This document shows, one piece after another, positions 50,621-62,998 of a stretch of 64,000 bases of DNA (positions within the stretch are counted from its first letter, which is position 1; each line of letters starts with the position of its first letter). The notes under the pieces are model-generated. The model saw nothing but the letters and a program-made list of their open reading frames with translations. It searched no databases and was not told where the DNA came from. The stretch comes from Mobula hypostoma (taxonomy: Eukaryota), in assembly GCF_963921235.1 (NCBI RefSeq), contig NC_086097.1, positions 10,850,001 through 10,914,000 on the forward strand. Direction: 5' to 3'. A program made the translations under genes and the position numbers.

Positions 50621-50834
50621 CATTGATCTTTTTCGTTGAGTGGACCACTCATTGCAAACTGGACTTGGAGAAGGAGAAGGCAGCGCAAGACCAAATGGTG
50701 ATAGAGGCGGTGATAACACTCTGAATAATAGCTGAGTAATTCAATAATTCCTGAGATGTTCAGTTTCCTAAACTGGCATAGGAAGAACAATCTCTGCTGG
50801 GCTTTCATAGTGATGAGTGTAACAAGTTTAACCC

Positions 50835-51790
50835 ACTTCAAAGTACATGTATTATCAGGTATGTAGGCAGTATACAACTCTAAGATTCATCTTCCTCACA
50901 GAGAGCCACAAAACAAGGAAAACCACCGAACCCACTCTAAGAAAGAAAGCATCAAACCATCAGTCCCCCCCCCAATATGCAAAAAAAGCAAATCAAGCAA
51001 AAAGCAACAAAAAAAGAGCAAAAAACGCAGAATATATGTAACGCTCAACTCTATCAGTTCGTGTTTATCTAGGGGAAAACCCCATCCACCCGCCCGGCCG
51101 TGTCACACAGTTACGTCGTTGCTGTGTAATGCCACCTGGTACAAACTCACACATCAAATATCAGACAGCACTCAAGGTACACTTTACAGATTATAATTTG
51201 TAAATCTTACTGGGACTATGAGATTAATAGAGATACAATAAAAAGAGAAAGAGAAAGGTGCCAGACTTATCATAGTTCAATTTCTTCGTGTACACAGGTT
51301 GGAGATCAAATAACGGGTCTTTTCTTCACCCTGCGATCCCTTCCAACCCCCTCGACCCACCGCTCGGGACCAACCACGGTGGTCGACCAGAGCGCTTCCA
51401 GCACGTCCTTCTTCTCTGGGTCTCCTCCTGAAAAGCCTGCGAAACCACACGGTTCCCAGCCATAAGAAACAGAATATCACCTACAAAAAGAATAACATGG
51501 ACACCCATTGGTTCGTTCCTTCTCTTATCAGTAACATAACCCAAACAAGCTGCTAGAAAAAGAACCACTGTCTCAGCAGTTAACATCACAGAGGAGACAT
51601 TTTGATTAGCCTACGCAGTAACATAAAAGAAGAAACCCTTTACCTATAAAACACAAAATCAAAGAGCATGTCCCAGTTCATCTCAGCATTCCTTATCTGC
51701 AAGCTGCCCCGATTCAAAATCGTCTGAAAACTAGCATCAAAAAAGGAGCAGTCAGGAAAACTAAAAGCACATCATAATGTGAATTAGAGT
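50835..51790 (-). mobile_element. Non-autonomous retroposon (2150-2962 family) split by a solo LTR
   Basis: Reverse complement of the 2600-2960 region. Confidence 0.6.
51037..51644. mobile_element. Solo LTR, family C
   Basis: TGTAAC...TTTACC; TSD TATA at 51033-51036 and 51645-51648; homologous to 44610-45310. Confidence 0.8.
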
Positions 51791-52589
51791 CCAATGTATT
51801 GGTAATGGTATCACAATAGCTTTATGCACATTTTTTTCTGAGTGAAGCTTTCAAATTTTCAAATGGCTTTTAGCACCTAACAGTTATTTTTATTAGTGAA
51901 CCAATGGGAGTAATGATTGATTGTTGTTTTTTCCTGAGTAATTTGAATAAGGAATCATCATGTAAATTTATATGAACAGCAAGAAAGTTGTACTCATATA
52001 AGTGAGTTAATTGAAATATAAAACACATCATCATAAAGCATCTTGTAAAGTAATAGTGAAGCTTTGGGGATGACCTAAAGTAATCCAATGCTTAAAGTAA
52101 TTATGGAACAAAAGTTTGATTTGACTTTAGCATAGGAAATGGTGTAACATTAAGATTTCACCAGCTAGTTTCACATCTTTCCAAGACAATAGATAATTAC
52201 ATGTAAAGTTGAACACCCCAGTAGAATATTGTCATAATGTACAATAACAATTGAAATGGTTTGAGAGCAATGGTGGGTGCCTGCTAATGATATATTGGGA
52301 GAATGAAATCTTGTCCTTCAGTTGACCTGCATGTTCTCAATTCCCCAGTACTGAACTAGGAACCATCCATTATTACTTAATTAAAGTCCCTAAGATAACT
52401 GTTCCACGGCCAAAAATGTAAATACCAACTACATACAAACCTTCTATCCCAAGTGCAAGGTGCAGGAATGTTGCATCATATTCAATGATTTACAGATCTT
52501 CCCCAAGGTCTGTACATCAACTTGTCCCTTAAGATGCCTGCTCCCAGCTTTTCCCCCATGAACCTACCATTTAATGAAAACAACTTTAT

Positions 52590-53315
52590 TCGCGACTTCC
52601 TGAGAAGTTTTCAAAGATTCGGCATGTCATCTAATACATGGACAAACTTCTGCAGCTGCACAGTGGACAGTATCTTGATTGGTTGCATCACAGCATGGCA
52701 TGGAAACACTAATGCCTTTGAGCCTATAAAAAGTAATGGACACAGCCCAGTCCATCACAGGGAAAAGCACATCTACGAGGAGTATTGTCACAGGAAAGCA
52801 ACATCCACTATCAAGGATTGCCATCATCCAGGCCGAGTACTATTTTGACTGCTGTCATCAGGAAGGTGGTACGGGAGCCTCAAGACCCACACTGCCAGGT
52901 TCAGGAACATTTATTACTCCTCAACCATCAGGCTCCTGAATCAGACTGGATAACTTAACTCACTCCAACACTGAAATGATTCCACAACCCATGGATTCAT
53001 TTTCAAGGGCCCCTACAACTCGTGTTCTCAATATTTATGTATGATTATTTTGATTTTTTTCTTTCTGTATTTGCACAATTTGTTATCTTCTGCACATTAG
53101 TTGTTTGTCAGCAGCTTTGATGTGTGTTGCTTGAATTTCCAGCATCTGCAGAATTCCTGTTGTTTTAGTTTGTATGCAGTTTTTCATTGATTCTGTTGTG
53201 TTTCTTCATACTTACTGTGAATGCACATAAGAAATAGAATTTCAGGGTTCTGTATGGTGACATATAATGTATGTACTTTGATAATAAATTTACTTTGAAC
53301 TTTGGAACATTGAAC
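52590..53315 (+). mobile_element. Rex1/Babar-like 3' fragment
   Basis: FGMSSN...VDSILIGCITAWHGN; shared tail. Confidence 0.8.
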
Positions 53316-55096
53316 TTTTTGATAAACGTAGATACACCACATTTAACAATTACTGGCTTGCCTGTTAGTTTTTTACACTGCAGTCACTATTTCATTGTAA
53401 TATGTGTAAAGTTTAATTAAAAACATTCTTGCGTTTGGATTAGAAGTTGTGTGTTCTGCAACTTAGCAAAAAAAAAAATCACTCCCCTGACACTCTGCTG
53501 GAGCACTGAGGTGAGGGAGTAGGGGTGTGAGGAGCTGCCCTTTTAAAAGTATAATCTTCTTTGACAATGCATTAAATCAGGAACAGATTTCATCTCTCGT
53601 GTGACACTATTTTGAAGAAAGGCTGAGTCATAGGATAAATATTTGTCCCATGACCCCAATATGTCAAGGACTGTGTGATGACTACCCGTGCATCAGCTTC
53701 CCCATGTTAAGCAAAGTCACGCACGGGCATTCACGATTAAGGGGTGGTCACCCTAACATCCCAGGTATGTGGAGCCCAGATCGGGATCTAAAGCTACCTG
53801 CGGACCCACCAGTAGACCCTTAGGATTAGATCATACTTGACTTGAATGATCACATTCATCACACAGTATCATAACATATACCAACATTGCGAAAGATGAT
53901 CTATAATGAATGTTATCATTTAACTTCCATTTAATTATAATAAATAGTGCTACATGTTATTGTACCTGGAATCCCAATCTCATGGAAATTTCAAGTTCAA
54001 ATTCAAGTTTAATTGTCATTCAACCTTTATACAGCTAAACAACATAGCGTTCCTCCAGAGCCAAGGAGCAAAATACAGTACATACAGTCACACAAAGCAC
54101 ACAGCTCATATAGTCACAAAAATAATATTAGCCCAAATCTTTGAATAGCATGGCATGTAAATTGATAGTGCATGGCATGTTGTCCAAGAGCCACGTTTCT
54201 GCAAGAACAAGCACGCAACAGTTCCTCATCTCGCAGTGGTTCAGCAGACAAAATCAGCCTGTCAGCAGAAAGCAATGCAGTTTGTCTTCCAGAGAGTGAA
54301 CACTGGAGAGCTGCACTAACAGGAAGAGCCGGTTCCTGGCACAACATGGAGTCTAGTGCTCCTACTGGGCATTGAAATCCATGGCAGTCATAGACTATCC
54401 TCCTTCCCAGATTTTGCCGCACAGCTTTTGTGGGTAAAATTAAAATGGAGACTTTGCATTTGAATGATATCAAAACTACTGTATTTCCTTCATATTGTTG
54501 GCACATTTTCACTGAGTTTCACAAATAAGCCACAGGAATCAAATGCTGTTGCTCAGAAAAAGCTCCCACCAGGTTGTGAAGAGATTTGGGGGAGCATGCA
54601 CTGTATACGTTCAAACTCTTCTTTCTTCTAACTGAAAAATCCTCCAGGAGTAAATGCATGTTATCTGTTGTTCCAACAAACCTGAGATTTGGAGGGTCAA
54701 GACTCAGTGCAAATTCTTGAGTACTATCATGTACTTGAGTACTTTACTGTTTGTCTCATTCCCATTTTGGGAGGAGGCTATGTGGCATCCACGGGACCAC
54801 CTGACACAAACACAGTTACTTTCCCCAAGCAGTAAGGCTGATCAACACCTCCACCCACTAACCCACAGCTCCACACCCCCAACCACCACTACTTTATCAT
54901 TTCGTGTCAGGGTCACCTTATGTACAGACACCCTTGTGTCATCACTTCATGGACATACACTCTATCTATTTATATAAGCTATCTTATGTATCTATATTTA
55001 TTGTGTGTTTATTATTATTGTGTTTTTTGTGCTGCATCAGACCTTGGCTAACAATTATTTCATTCTCCTTCACACTTGTGCACTAGAAATGGCATT

Positions 55097-55720
55097 TTAG
55101 ATTAGATTATGAGGACACGCAGCCCTCTTTTTATTGTCATTTAGTAATGCAGGCATTAAGAAATGATACATTATTCCTCCGGTGTGATATCACAAAACAC
55201 AGGACAGACCAAGACTGAAAAACTAACAAAACCACATAATTATAACATATAGTTACAACAGTGCAACAATACCATAACTTGATGAAGAACAGACCATGGC
55301 ACAGTAAAAAAGTTCAAAGTCTCTCGAATGTCCCACACCTCACGCAGATGGGAGAAGGAAGAAAACTCTCCCTGCCATGCCCGACCACAGTCCGACTCTG
55401 AGTCGTCCGAAAACTTCGAGCCTCCGATCAGCCATCCGACACCGGGTACCGAGCACCATCTCTATCCGAACGATTCAACCTCAATCTTGGTTGCCAGCAG
55501 CGGGCAAAGCCGGGGATTTTGGGGCCTACCCTGCAGAGATTCCCGATCGCGCAGCAACAACAGCAGTGAGCGGGCGTTTCAGAAATTTCTCCAGATGTTC
55601 CTCTGTGCTTTCACGTCTGTCCCAATCAAATCAGAATTGTCCATAGCCCCTATTTAATGCATACGATATCATTCTCAACAGAGAGCTGCGCGCGCATGGC
55701 GCGCTGCTATCTTCTCCTCC
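55097..55720 (-). mobile_element. Non-autonomous retroposon, (aatct)n family
   Basis: Colinear with 49166-49850. Confidence 0.85.
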
Positions 55721-55994
55721 CGCTGTTGAATCTTGAACCTTGGTAGACTATTCAGTGCAGTACTGAGACCCTGAACATTCAGACAGGTAACATTGTTTAA
55801 AAGTGGATTTTACCCATTTTGGTGCACAATTTGGTAGTTATGTATATCTCCAATACCCCATCAGTGGACGCCAAACAAAATTGGTGATATTTCTCTTAAA
55901 TAATCACTTTCTTCTCCATTTCCTCCATCAACAAGACCGAAGTTAAAATGTTATTCAAAGATGCCAAAGCATCACCATTGCAAATGTCTTTTAA

Positions 55995-56670
55995 CTGGTC
56001 GTGAGCTGTCAAGAGTTTGTTTTTGCAGCAACAGTGCTGTGCAATATATAAAAAGTACTATCAATTACAATAAGAAAAATATACAGCATTTTAAAATAAA
56101 TAAGTAGTGTAAAAAGAAAGCAAAAATAGTGAGGTTGTGTTCATGAGTTGGTTCATTGTCTCTTCTGAAATTTGATGATGTAGGGGTAAAAGCTGTTCCT
56201 AAACCATTGGGTGCGTGACTTCAGGCTCTTGTACCTCCTCTCAGATGGTAGTAATAAGAAGAGAACATGCCCTGGGTTATGGGAGCCCTTAATGATGGAT
56301 GCTGCCTATTTGAAGCTATCCCACAATGCTAAGGAGGCTAGTACCCATGATAGAGATGGCTGAGTTTATAACTTCTATCAGCTTTTTTCCAATTCTGTGC
56401 TGTGCTCCCTTCACACCAGACAGTGATGCACCAGTTAGAATGCTCTTCCCAGTACGTCTATAGAAATTTGTGAAAGTCTTTGGTGACTTACCAAGTCTGC
56501 TCAAGCTCCAAAAGAAATATAGTCGCTGTCATGTCTTCTTTGAAATTCCATCTTTCTATTGAGCCTAGGATAGATCTTCAGGGATGTTGACACTAAGGAA
56601 CTTGAAACTCTTTCCACTGCTGACGCCTCAGTAAGGACTGATATGTTTTCCCTGGATGTCCCTTTCCTGA
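55995..56670 (-). mobile_element. Rex1/Babar-like 3' fragment
   Basis: KTFTNFYRRT.KSILTG; SIMGTSL. Confidence 0.7.
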
Positions 56671-56674
56671 AGTC

Positions 56675-58462
56675 AAACATTCAATACTATCATCCCCTCA
56701 ACGCTAATTAATATGCTTCAAGACACTGGCCTCAATAACTTATGTAATTGGCTCCTCGATTTCCTCACTTGCAGACCCCAGGCGGTTCAGATTGGCAACT
56801 ACACCTTCTCCACAGTCCCCAACAGCGCAGGTGCACCACAAGGCAGTGCACTTAGCTCCCTGTTTTAATTGCTTTACACATACAGGAAGGAAATTGAAAA
56901 TTTGGCTGAATGGTGTCATGCCAACAACCTCTCACTCAATGTCAGCAAGACCAAGAAGCTGATTATTAAATTCAAGGGGAGCAAAGAGGAAATCCAGGAG
57001 CCTGTCCTCATTGGGGGAATCAGAGGTGGAAAGGGTCAGCAACTTTAAATTCCTCAGTGTTATCATTTCAGAGGATCTGTCCTGGGTCCAGCACATAAAT
57101 GCAATTAGATTCCATCAGATTATGAGGACAGTCCGTCCTCATTTATTGTCATTTAGAAATGCATGCATTAAGAAATGATACAATATTCCTCCAGAGTGAT
57201 ACCACCAAAAAAAAAGGACAATCCAAAGACTAACACTGACAAAAGCATATAATTATAACATATAGTTACAGCAGTGCAAAGCAATACCATAATTTGATAA
57301 AGAGCAGACCATGGGCACAGTAAAAAAAAATCTCAAAGCTCCGATTGACTCCCGATAGTCCCGATAGCAGGCAGCAAAAGGGAGAAACTCTCTCTGCCGT
57401 AAACCTCCAGGGGCCGACAACTGCCGATGCATTGGAAGCACCTGACCACAGCCGACTCTGAGTCTGTCCGAAAACTTTGAGCCTCCAACCAACCCCTCCT
57501 ATACAACCTCCCGAGCACCATCCTCTGCCGAGCGCTTAGACCCCACCCCGGCCGCTGAGCAACGAGCAGAGCCGAGGACTCGGGGCCTTCTCCTCCGGAG
57601 ATTCTCGATCGCACAGTAGCAGCGGCAGCGAAGCAGGCATTTCAGAAGTTTCTCCAGATGTTCCGCCGTGCTCTCACGTCTGTCTCCATCAAATCAGGAT
57701 TGTGCACGGTCCCCTACTTGACACCGGAGTGGCCACTGCACGCTGCGTCACGCCGCCATCTTCTCCTCCTCCATTACAAAGAAAGCATGACAGTGCCTCT
57801 ACTTCCTTAAAAGTTTGCAAAGATTAGGCATGATATCTAAAACTCTGACAAACTTCTACAGGTGTGTGGTGAAGAGTATATAGACTGTGCATCACAGTCT
57901 GGTGTAGAAACACCAATGCCCTTGAATTGAAAATCCCACAAAATGTCATGGACATGGCTGAGTCCATCAGAGGTAAAGCCCTTCCCACAATTCAGCACAC
58001 CTACATGGACCGATGTCACAGCCTCCATCAGCAGGGACCCCCACCACCCAGGCTAGGCTCTCTTCTCGCTGCTGTCATCAGGGAGAAACTACAAGGGTCT
58101 TAGGACCACACCACCAGGTTCGGGAAGAGTTATCACCCTTCAAGTATCAGGCTCTTGGACCAGAGGGGATAACTTCACTCACCCAAATACTAAACCGTTC
58201 TCACAGGCTATTGTCTCATTTTCAAGGACTATTTATTTCATCTTCTCAATATTTATTGCAGATTTATTTATTTATTTAGTATTTGCACAATTTGTCATCT
58301 TTTGCACATTGATTATTTGTCTGCTTTGTTGGGTGTGGTCCTTCATTGATTCTATTACAGCGGTTCTTGGATTTACTGAGAAGGCCTGTAAGAAAATGAA
58401 TCTCAGGGTTGTAAATGGTGATCTGTATGTACTTAGATAATAAATTTACTTTGAACTTTGAA
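56675..58462 (+). mobile_element. Rex1/Babar LINE RT-to-tail remnant, split at 57108-57772
   Basis: Homologous to 28930-29830 (FNTIIP, GAPQG, LNVSKTK); shared tail. Confidence 0.8.
57108..57772 (-). mobile_element. Non-autonomous retroposon, (aatct)n family
   Basis: Colinear with 49166-49850; short ATTA duplication. Confidence 0.85.
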
Positions 58463-58541
58463 TGAATTCCTTGATCTTACTGATGTTGAGTGCAAGGTTG
58501 TTTGCTGTGACACCACTCAACCAGCTGATCATGTATGTTAA

Positions 58542-58985
58542 AAGTCTACAAATGCTGGAATCCAAAGCAACACACACAAAATGCTGGAGGAACTCAGCAG
58601 GTCAGTCAGCATCTATGGAAAAGAATAAACAGTTGACATTTCTGGATGAGACCTTTCTTTAGGACTGAGAAGGAAGCAGGAGGACGCCAGAATAAAAAGG
58701 AGGGGAAGGAGGGGAAGGAGAATATCTAGAAGAAGATAGGTGAAGCCAGGTGGGTGGGAAAGGTAAAGGGCTGGAGATGAAGGAATCTAATAGGGGAGGA
58801 GAGTGGGCCGCAGGAGAAAGGGAAGGAGGAAGAGACCTGGGGGAAGTGACAGGCAGGTGAGAAGAGGTACAAGGCCAGAGTGGGGAATAGAGGAAGAGGG
58901 GAGGGGGTGGGAGGAATAATTTTTTTACCGGAAGGAGAAATCGATATTCAGGGCATCAGGTTGGAGGTTACCCAGATGGAAAGTA
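58542..58985 (-). mobile_element. Penelope-like 3' terminus
   Basis: Homologous to 18052-18420; decayed hammerhead motif at 58630-58667. Confidence 0.8.
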
Positions 58986-59424
58986 ACATATTAGTCTGTA
59001 TATTCTGCAGTGGCAATCAACGTGCATGGGGTGTGAAACTACTTTCTATAGATACAGTACTTCACAATTCCATATCCTGAGGATGCATTTAAAATTGATT
59101 TGAATTTGTCTCAACATCTAGATACAAATCTGCAACCAATACAGCGAGCAAATTCTTTTCCTAGTACTTTAGTGCCCTCAGCTGGTAAGATTGGGTTAGA
59201 ATTCAATGTAATTGTGTCAGAGCACTGAGAATCCAACAGACTGGTTTAAATCTATTTAGCTTGACGCTGGAGCAGTCAGGCCATAAAAGCAGTTTGCCGT
59301 GGTTTAAAGCAATGCCCTATTTTCCGCGGAACTCCACACATTGGGAAATTGTACTTCTGGGTGGAATTCACTCCATTGTGAAATGTATCCAGTGAAGGCA
59401 AGTGAGGGGACAGGGGAATGTCGA

Positions 59425-59695
59425 TCTCTCCTTCCCTTTTTCCTATGGTCCACTCTTCTCTCCTATCAGATTCTTTCTTCTTCAGCCCATGACCTTTCCC
59501 ACCCACCTGGCTTCACCTATCACCTTCCATCTAACCTTTTTCCACTCCCCCCCACCCCACATTTTTATTCTGGCATCTTTCCCTTTTCTTCTCAGTCTTG
59601 GGGAAGGGTCTCGGCCCAAAACATCAATTGTTTACACTTTTACATAGACGCTGCCTGACCGGCTGAGTTCCAGCAACATTTTGTGCATGTTGTGA
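59425..59695 (+). mobile_element. Penelope-like 3' terminus
   Basis: 'gaagggtctcggcccaaaacatc' decayed hammerhead motif at 59593-59630. Confidence 0.8.
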
Positions 59696-59889
59696 TGGGG
59701 TAAGAGAGATTATTTTCAAGAGAAATTTCAACTATCCTGTTTTGATTATCCCTGATGGGGAATTGGAGCTGTACATATCTTCCAGAGAACGACCAAAAAT
59801 GGGTGAAATCCAACTTTTAGGCAATTTTCCTTTCAAAATGTTCTAAAGCAATTTCATTCTAAGATTCATGATTGATTGTCCATTATATC

Positions 59890-60480
59890 AGATGATGACA
59901 GTTAGATGTCTACAGTTCTGTTGTGGGTTTGCAGGTGAATGCTGTCCAAGCCATGAGCGACATAGACGTCCACAATAAGGACAAGAAAACTCTACTGGAT
60001 CTGGAAGTGGAGCCACTGCTATGGCTTTGTTTCTTTGTCAGTCAGCAATTGGTACGGCTTGGCATCTCTCCTCCAGGTTGTTGTGAGCAGCCCTAACCAA
60101 GGCTCACCAGTCACTCCAGTCTTGTGCCCTCTGTTCCAGCCATTTTGATACAAGCCCAGCGTGTGCAATGTTAGCTTTCATTCAGTCCTTGAACCTTGCC
60201 TTGATTCCTCTTGCCCATCAAAAACTCACCTATTCGGGAATGCCTCGTGGTTATGACATACCCCGTCCACCAAAGCTGTGCTTCTACTTCAACATTTGTG
60301 GACCCTGCCCTGCCGAGGACCTCTAGGTTTGTAACTCGGTCCTGCAAATGGATGCCAAGGATCAATTGCAGACTACCCATCCAGCACTTTGAGGTGCCTT
60401 CTATATACATTACTTCCCAGGTTTCACATCCACACAGGAGACAACTGAGGATACAGCCATGCAATAGCATTGCTGTAAGT
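59890..60480 (-). mobile_element. RTE-clade LINE 3' fragment
   Basis: LLCGCETW...ILGIHLQDRVTNLEVL.RAG...QLWWTGYV, the RTE C-terminal motifs. Confidence 0.8.
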
Positions 60481-60879
60481 AGCAAATATGAAAGCCTCCT
60501 TATGCAAACCTAGCTCTGACAAATTGCTATGACTATTCAGAATCAGACTCATATTTACTATGTGTCATATGACATGAAATTTGTTGTTCTGCAGCTGTAG
60601 TATAAAAATATAAAAATCTATAAATTAGAAAAATAAATGACCAGTGTAAAAAAGAGAATAGTGAGGTAGTTTTCAAGTGGTCACAGACCATTCAGAAATC
60701 TGATAATCTGATGGCGGTGGAGAGGAAGTTTTTCTGAAATTGTTGAGATTGTGTCTTCAGTCTCCTTCTTGAGAGTAGTAGCAAGAAGAGGACGTGTCCT
60801 AGATGGTAAAGTTCCTTGTTATGCTTGTTCTTAATAAAGACAAATTTAGCATAGGTAAACGCTAGAACATTTTTATTTC

Positions 60880-61180
60880 AGAATCATAATCAGAATTGTA
60901 ATCAGGTTTATTATCACCGGCATGTGACGTGAAATTTGTTAATTTAGCAGCAGCAGTTCAATGCAATACATAACCTAGCAGAGTGAAAAAAATAATAAAT
61001 ACCGTAAAATAAAACATAATAATAATAAATAAACAAGTAAATCAATTATGCATATTGAACAGATTTTAAAAACGTGCAAAAACAGAAATACTGTATATTA
61101 AAAAAAAGTGAGGTAGTGTCCAAAGCTTCAATGTCCATTTAGGAATCAGATGGCAGAGGGGAAGAAGCTGTTCCTGAATC
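60880..61180 (-). mobile_element. Rex1/Babar-like tail fragment inserted in the Gypsy LTR
   Basis: Homologous to 21460-21650 plus 21930-21985. Confidence 0.7.
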
Positions 61181-61490
61181 ACTCCAGGAATGACTCCAGG
61201 TCAACACTGAATGTGCAAGACCAGCTCCCCACCAAGGCCTCCAGTTCCGGGTGAACTGCCTGCATTTCGCACTGGGAGCTGAAGTTCTTTATTATGCACA
61301 CATATTAATACATCTTCCCCCTTTAAAGAAAAACAAACACAATACTATGTCCTCATAAACCTGCAAGGAACAATAATCATTTCCAACAAACATATCTACA
61401 TTCTGTAGCCAGTCCTTTTTTCACTTAGCAACATTCAATCACTCTCTGAGGAGTTTCAATGATCCTTTTTGGCTTGCTATTTGTTTCCAC

Positions 61491-61751
61491 GACTTGGCTG
61501 GTGGCGTATTGGCATCGGTGTCGGACTTTGGGACGAAAGATCCCGAGTTTGAATCCTGCTGGCTCCCCTGCACACTTTCCATCCGTGCTAGGTTACGAGC
61601 TGGTGATCTCTTTGGAAACTCACCCGGCAGAAGGCAATGGCAAACCACTGCTGTAACTTGCCTCGTACGCGGTTCCCCACTACATCAGAGAGGCATGGAG
61701 GGAAATTGTCTGCTTACCGGAGAAACTCTGGATGCGACGTACCTTTCCTTT
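61491..61751 (+). mobile_element. tRNA-derived SINE with RTE/Sauria-type tail
   Basis: A box TGGCGTATTGG, B-box-like GTTTGAATCC, 'gaaggcaatggcaaaccactgctg'; 13-bp TSD TATTTGTTTCCAC at 61478-61490 and 61752-61764. Confidence 0.85.
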
Positions 61752-62127
61752 TATTTGTTTCCACAGGTGTATTGCTTGCATTTAGTGTGTTAATATTTGT
61801 ATCTTTCTGAGAACTCTGATCAACATATTCATTTTTTACATCAGCTGGCCCCTTTGGTGTACTGACAGATGACATGTCACCACTTTGGGTTGGAGGTTGT
61901 AGTCATAGATCCAGATGGTTCCTTCTCAGGGGCGATCCTCACTCTGCCTGGATTTGATAGGAAGGTGGAACAACATCCTCTCACACGTATCCTTGCATGC
62001 CAGAAACGTGATCTTGGATTCACACTTGATCTCCAGGCTTCAGGACCGGTGGGCTTTTCACAGGCTTGTCGTGACACTGTTTCTGTTTTTCTTTCCCGTT
62101 TACTTTAGTCAATTTAACCTTGTGTGT

Positions 62128-62998
62128 TGTTACATACCTCAAGGAGACCTTGTGACTTTCTTGTGAGAATGATGTAGTGGTCTTTTGGAGGTCACCTGAT
62201 GTAATTTTCCTGCCGATGTGGGGTCACTTGATGACATGTTCACCACGGGTATAAAAGGGAAGATCCCTGGTGACGCAGTTAGTTTTCCAGCTAGAACGTT
62301 AGTCAGTGTCTCCGTTCCGTTGCGTATTTGTTTTATGATGCAGTTTCATTTTTAAAACGGAGTGTTATGTTCTATTGTAAGGTACAATAGTGCTGGACTG
62401 GCAGTTTACCCATTTCTGCCAGATTTGGCGATGTACTTTTTCAGTAGTATTGGAGAGTGAAGACTTTATCGAAGTACAGGACCTGAAGGATTAAGAGAAG
62501 TTGGTAATGTTCGGCAGTTTAATAAAGGATCGACCTTATTGAGTCTTCGTTGAAGAAGTAGAAATATGCATTGAAGATAACTCCTGCCAAAACAGCAAGG
62601 TAGTTCATGCAGGATTTGCTCGCCAGAAGAAAGGTCAGTTGTTTTAAGCCATTTATTTCCTTCATCGTGAATCCTTTGGACAGAACCAGCAGGAAAGTCA
62701 CGTCTATGAAGAAATCCTTCTCCACAGAAGTCTCTCCCAATTGAATGTATACACCTGTTGGACTTTTGAATTTACCATTTTAAGAACTGTATTTGACTTT
62801 ACAACTTTAAGAATTGTTTTTGCATTTATTGCTTTAAGAACCAGTACTGAGTGGCGATTTGTCGAATGGCCGCTTAGCAGTTAATTTCCGGTTAAGGTTG
62901 TCATTGTTTTTTTTATTGTTTATCTGTGTTTAATAAATGTTTGGTTGTTTTTATATAACTTGTCTCGATTGATATTCATTGTGATCGGTTACGTAACA
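62128..62998 (+). mobile_element. Solo LTR inserted in Gypsy pol
   Basis: TGTTAC...GTAACA; perfect TSD GTGT; TATAAAA at 62250 and AATAAA at 62932. Confidence 0.9.

Noticed and set aside
54114..54512. 132-aa ORF in unique sequence
   Set aside because: No recognisable domain or splice support; the length is compatible with chance.
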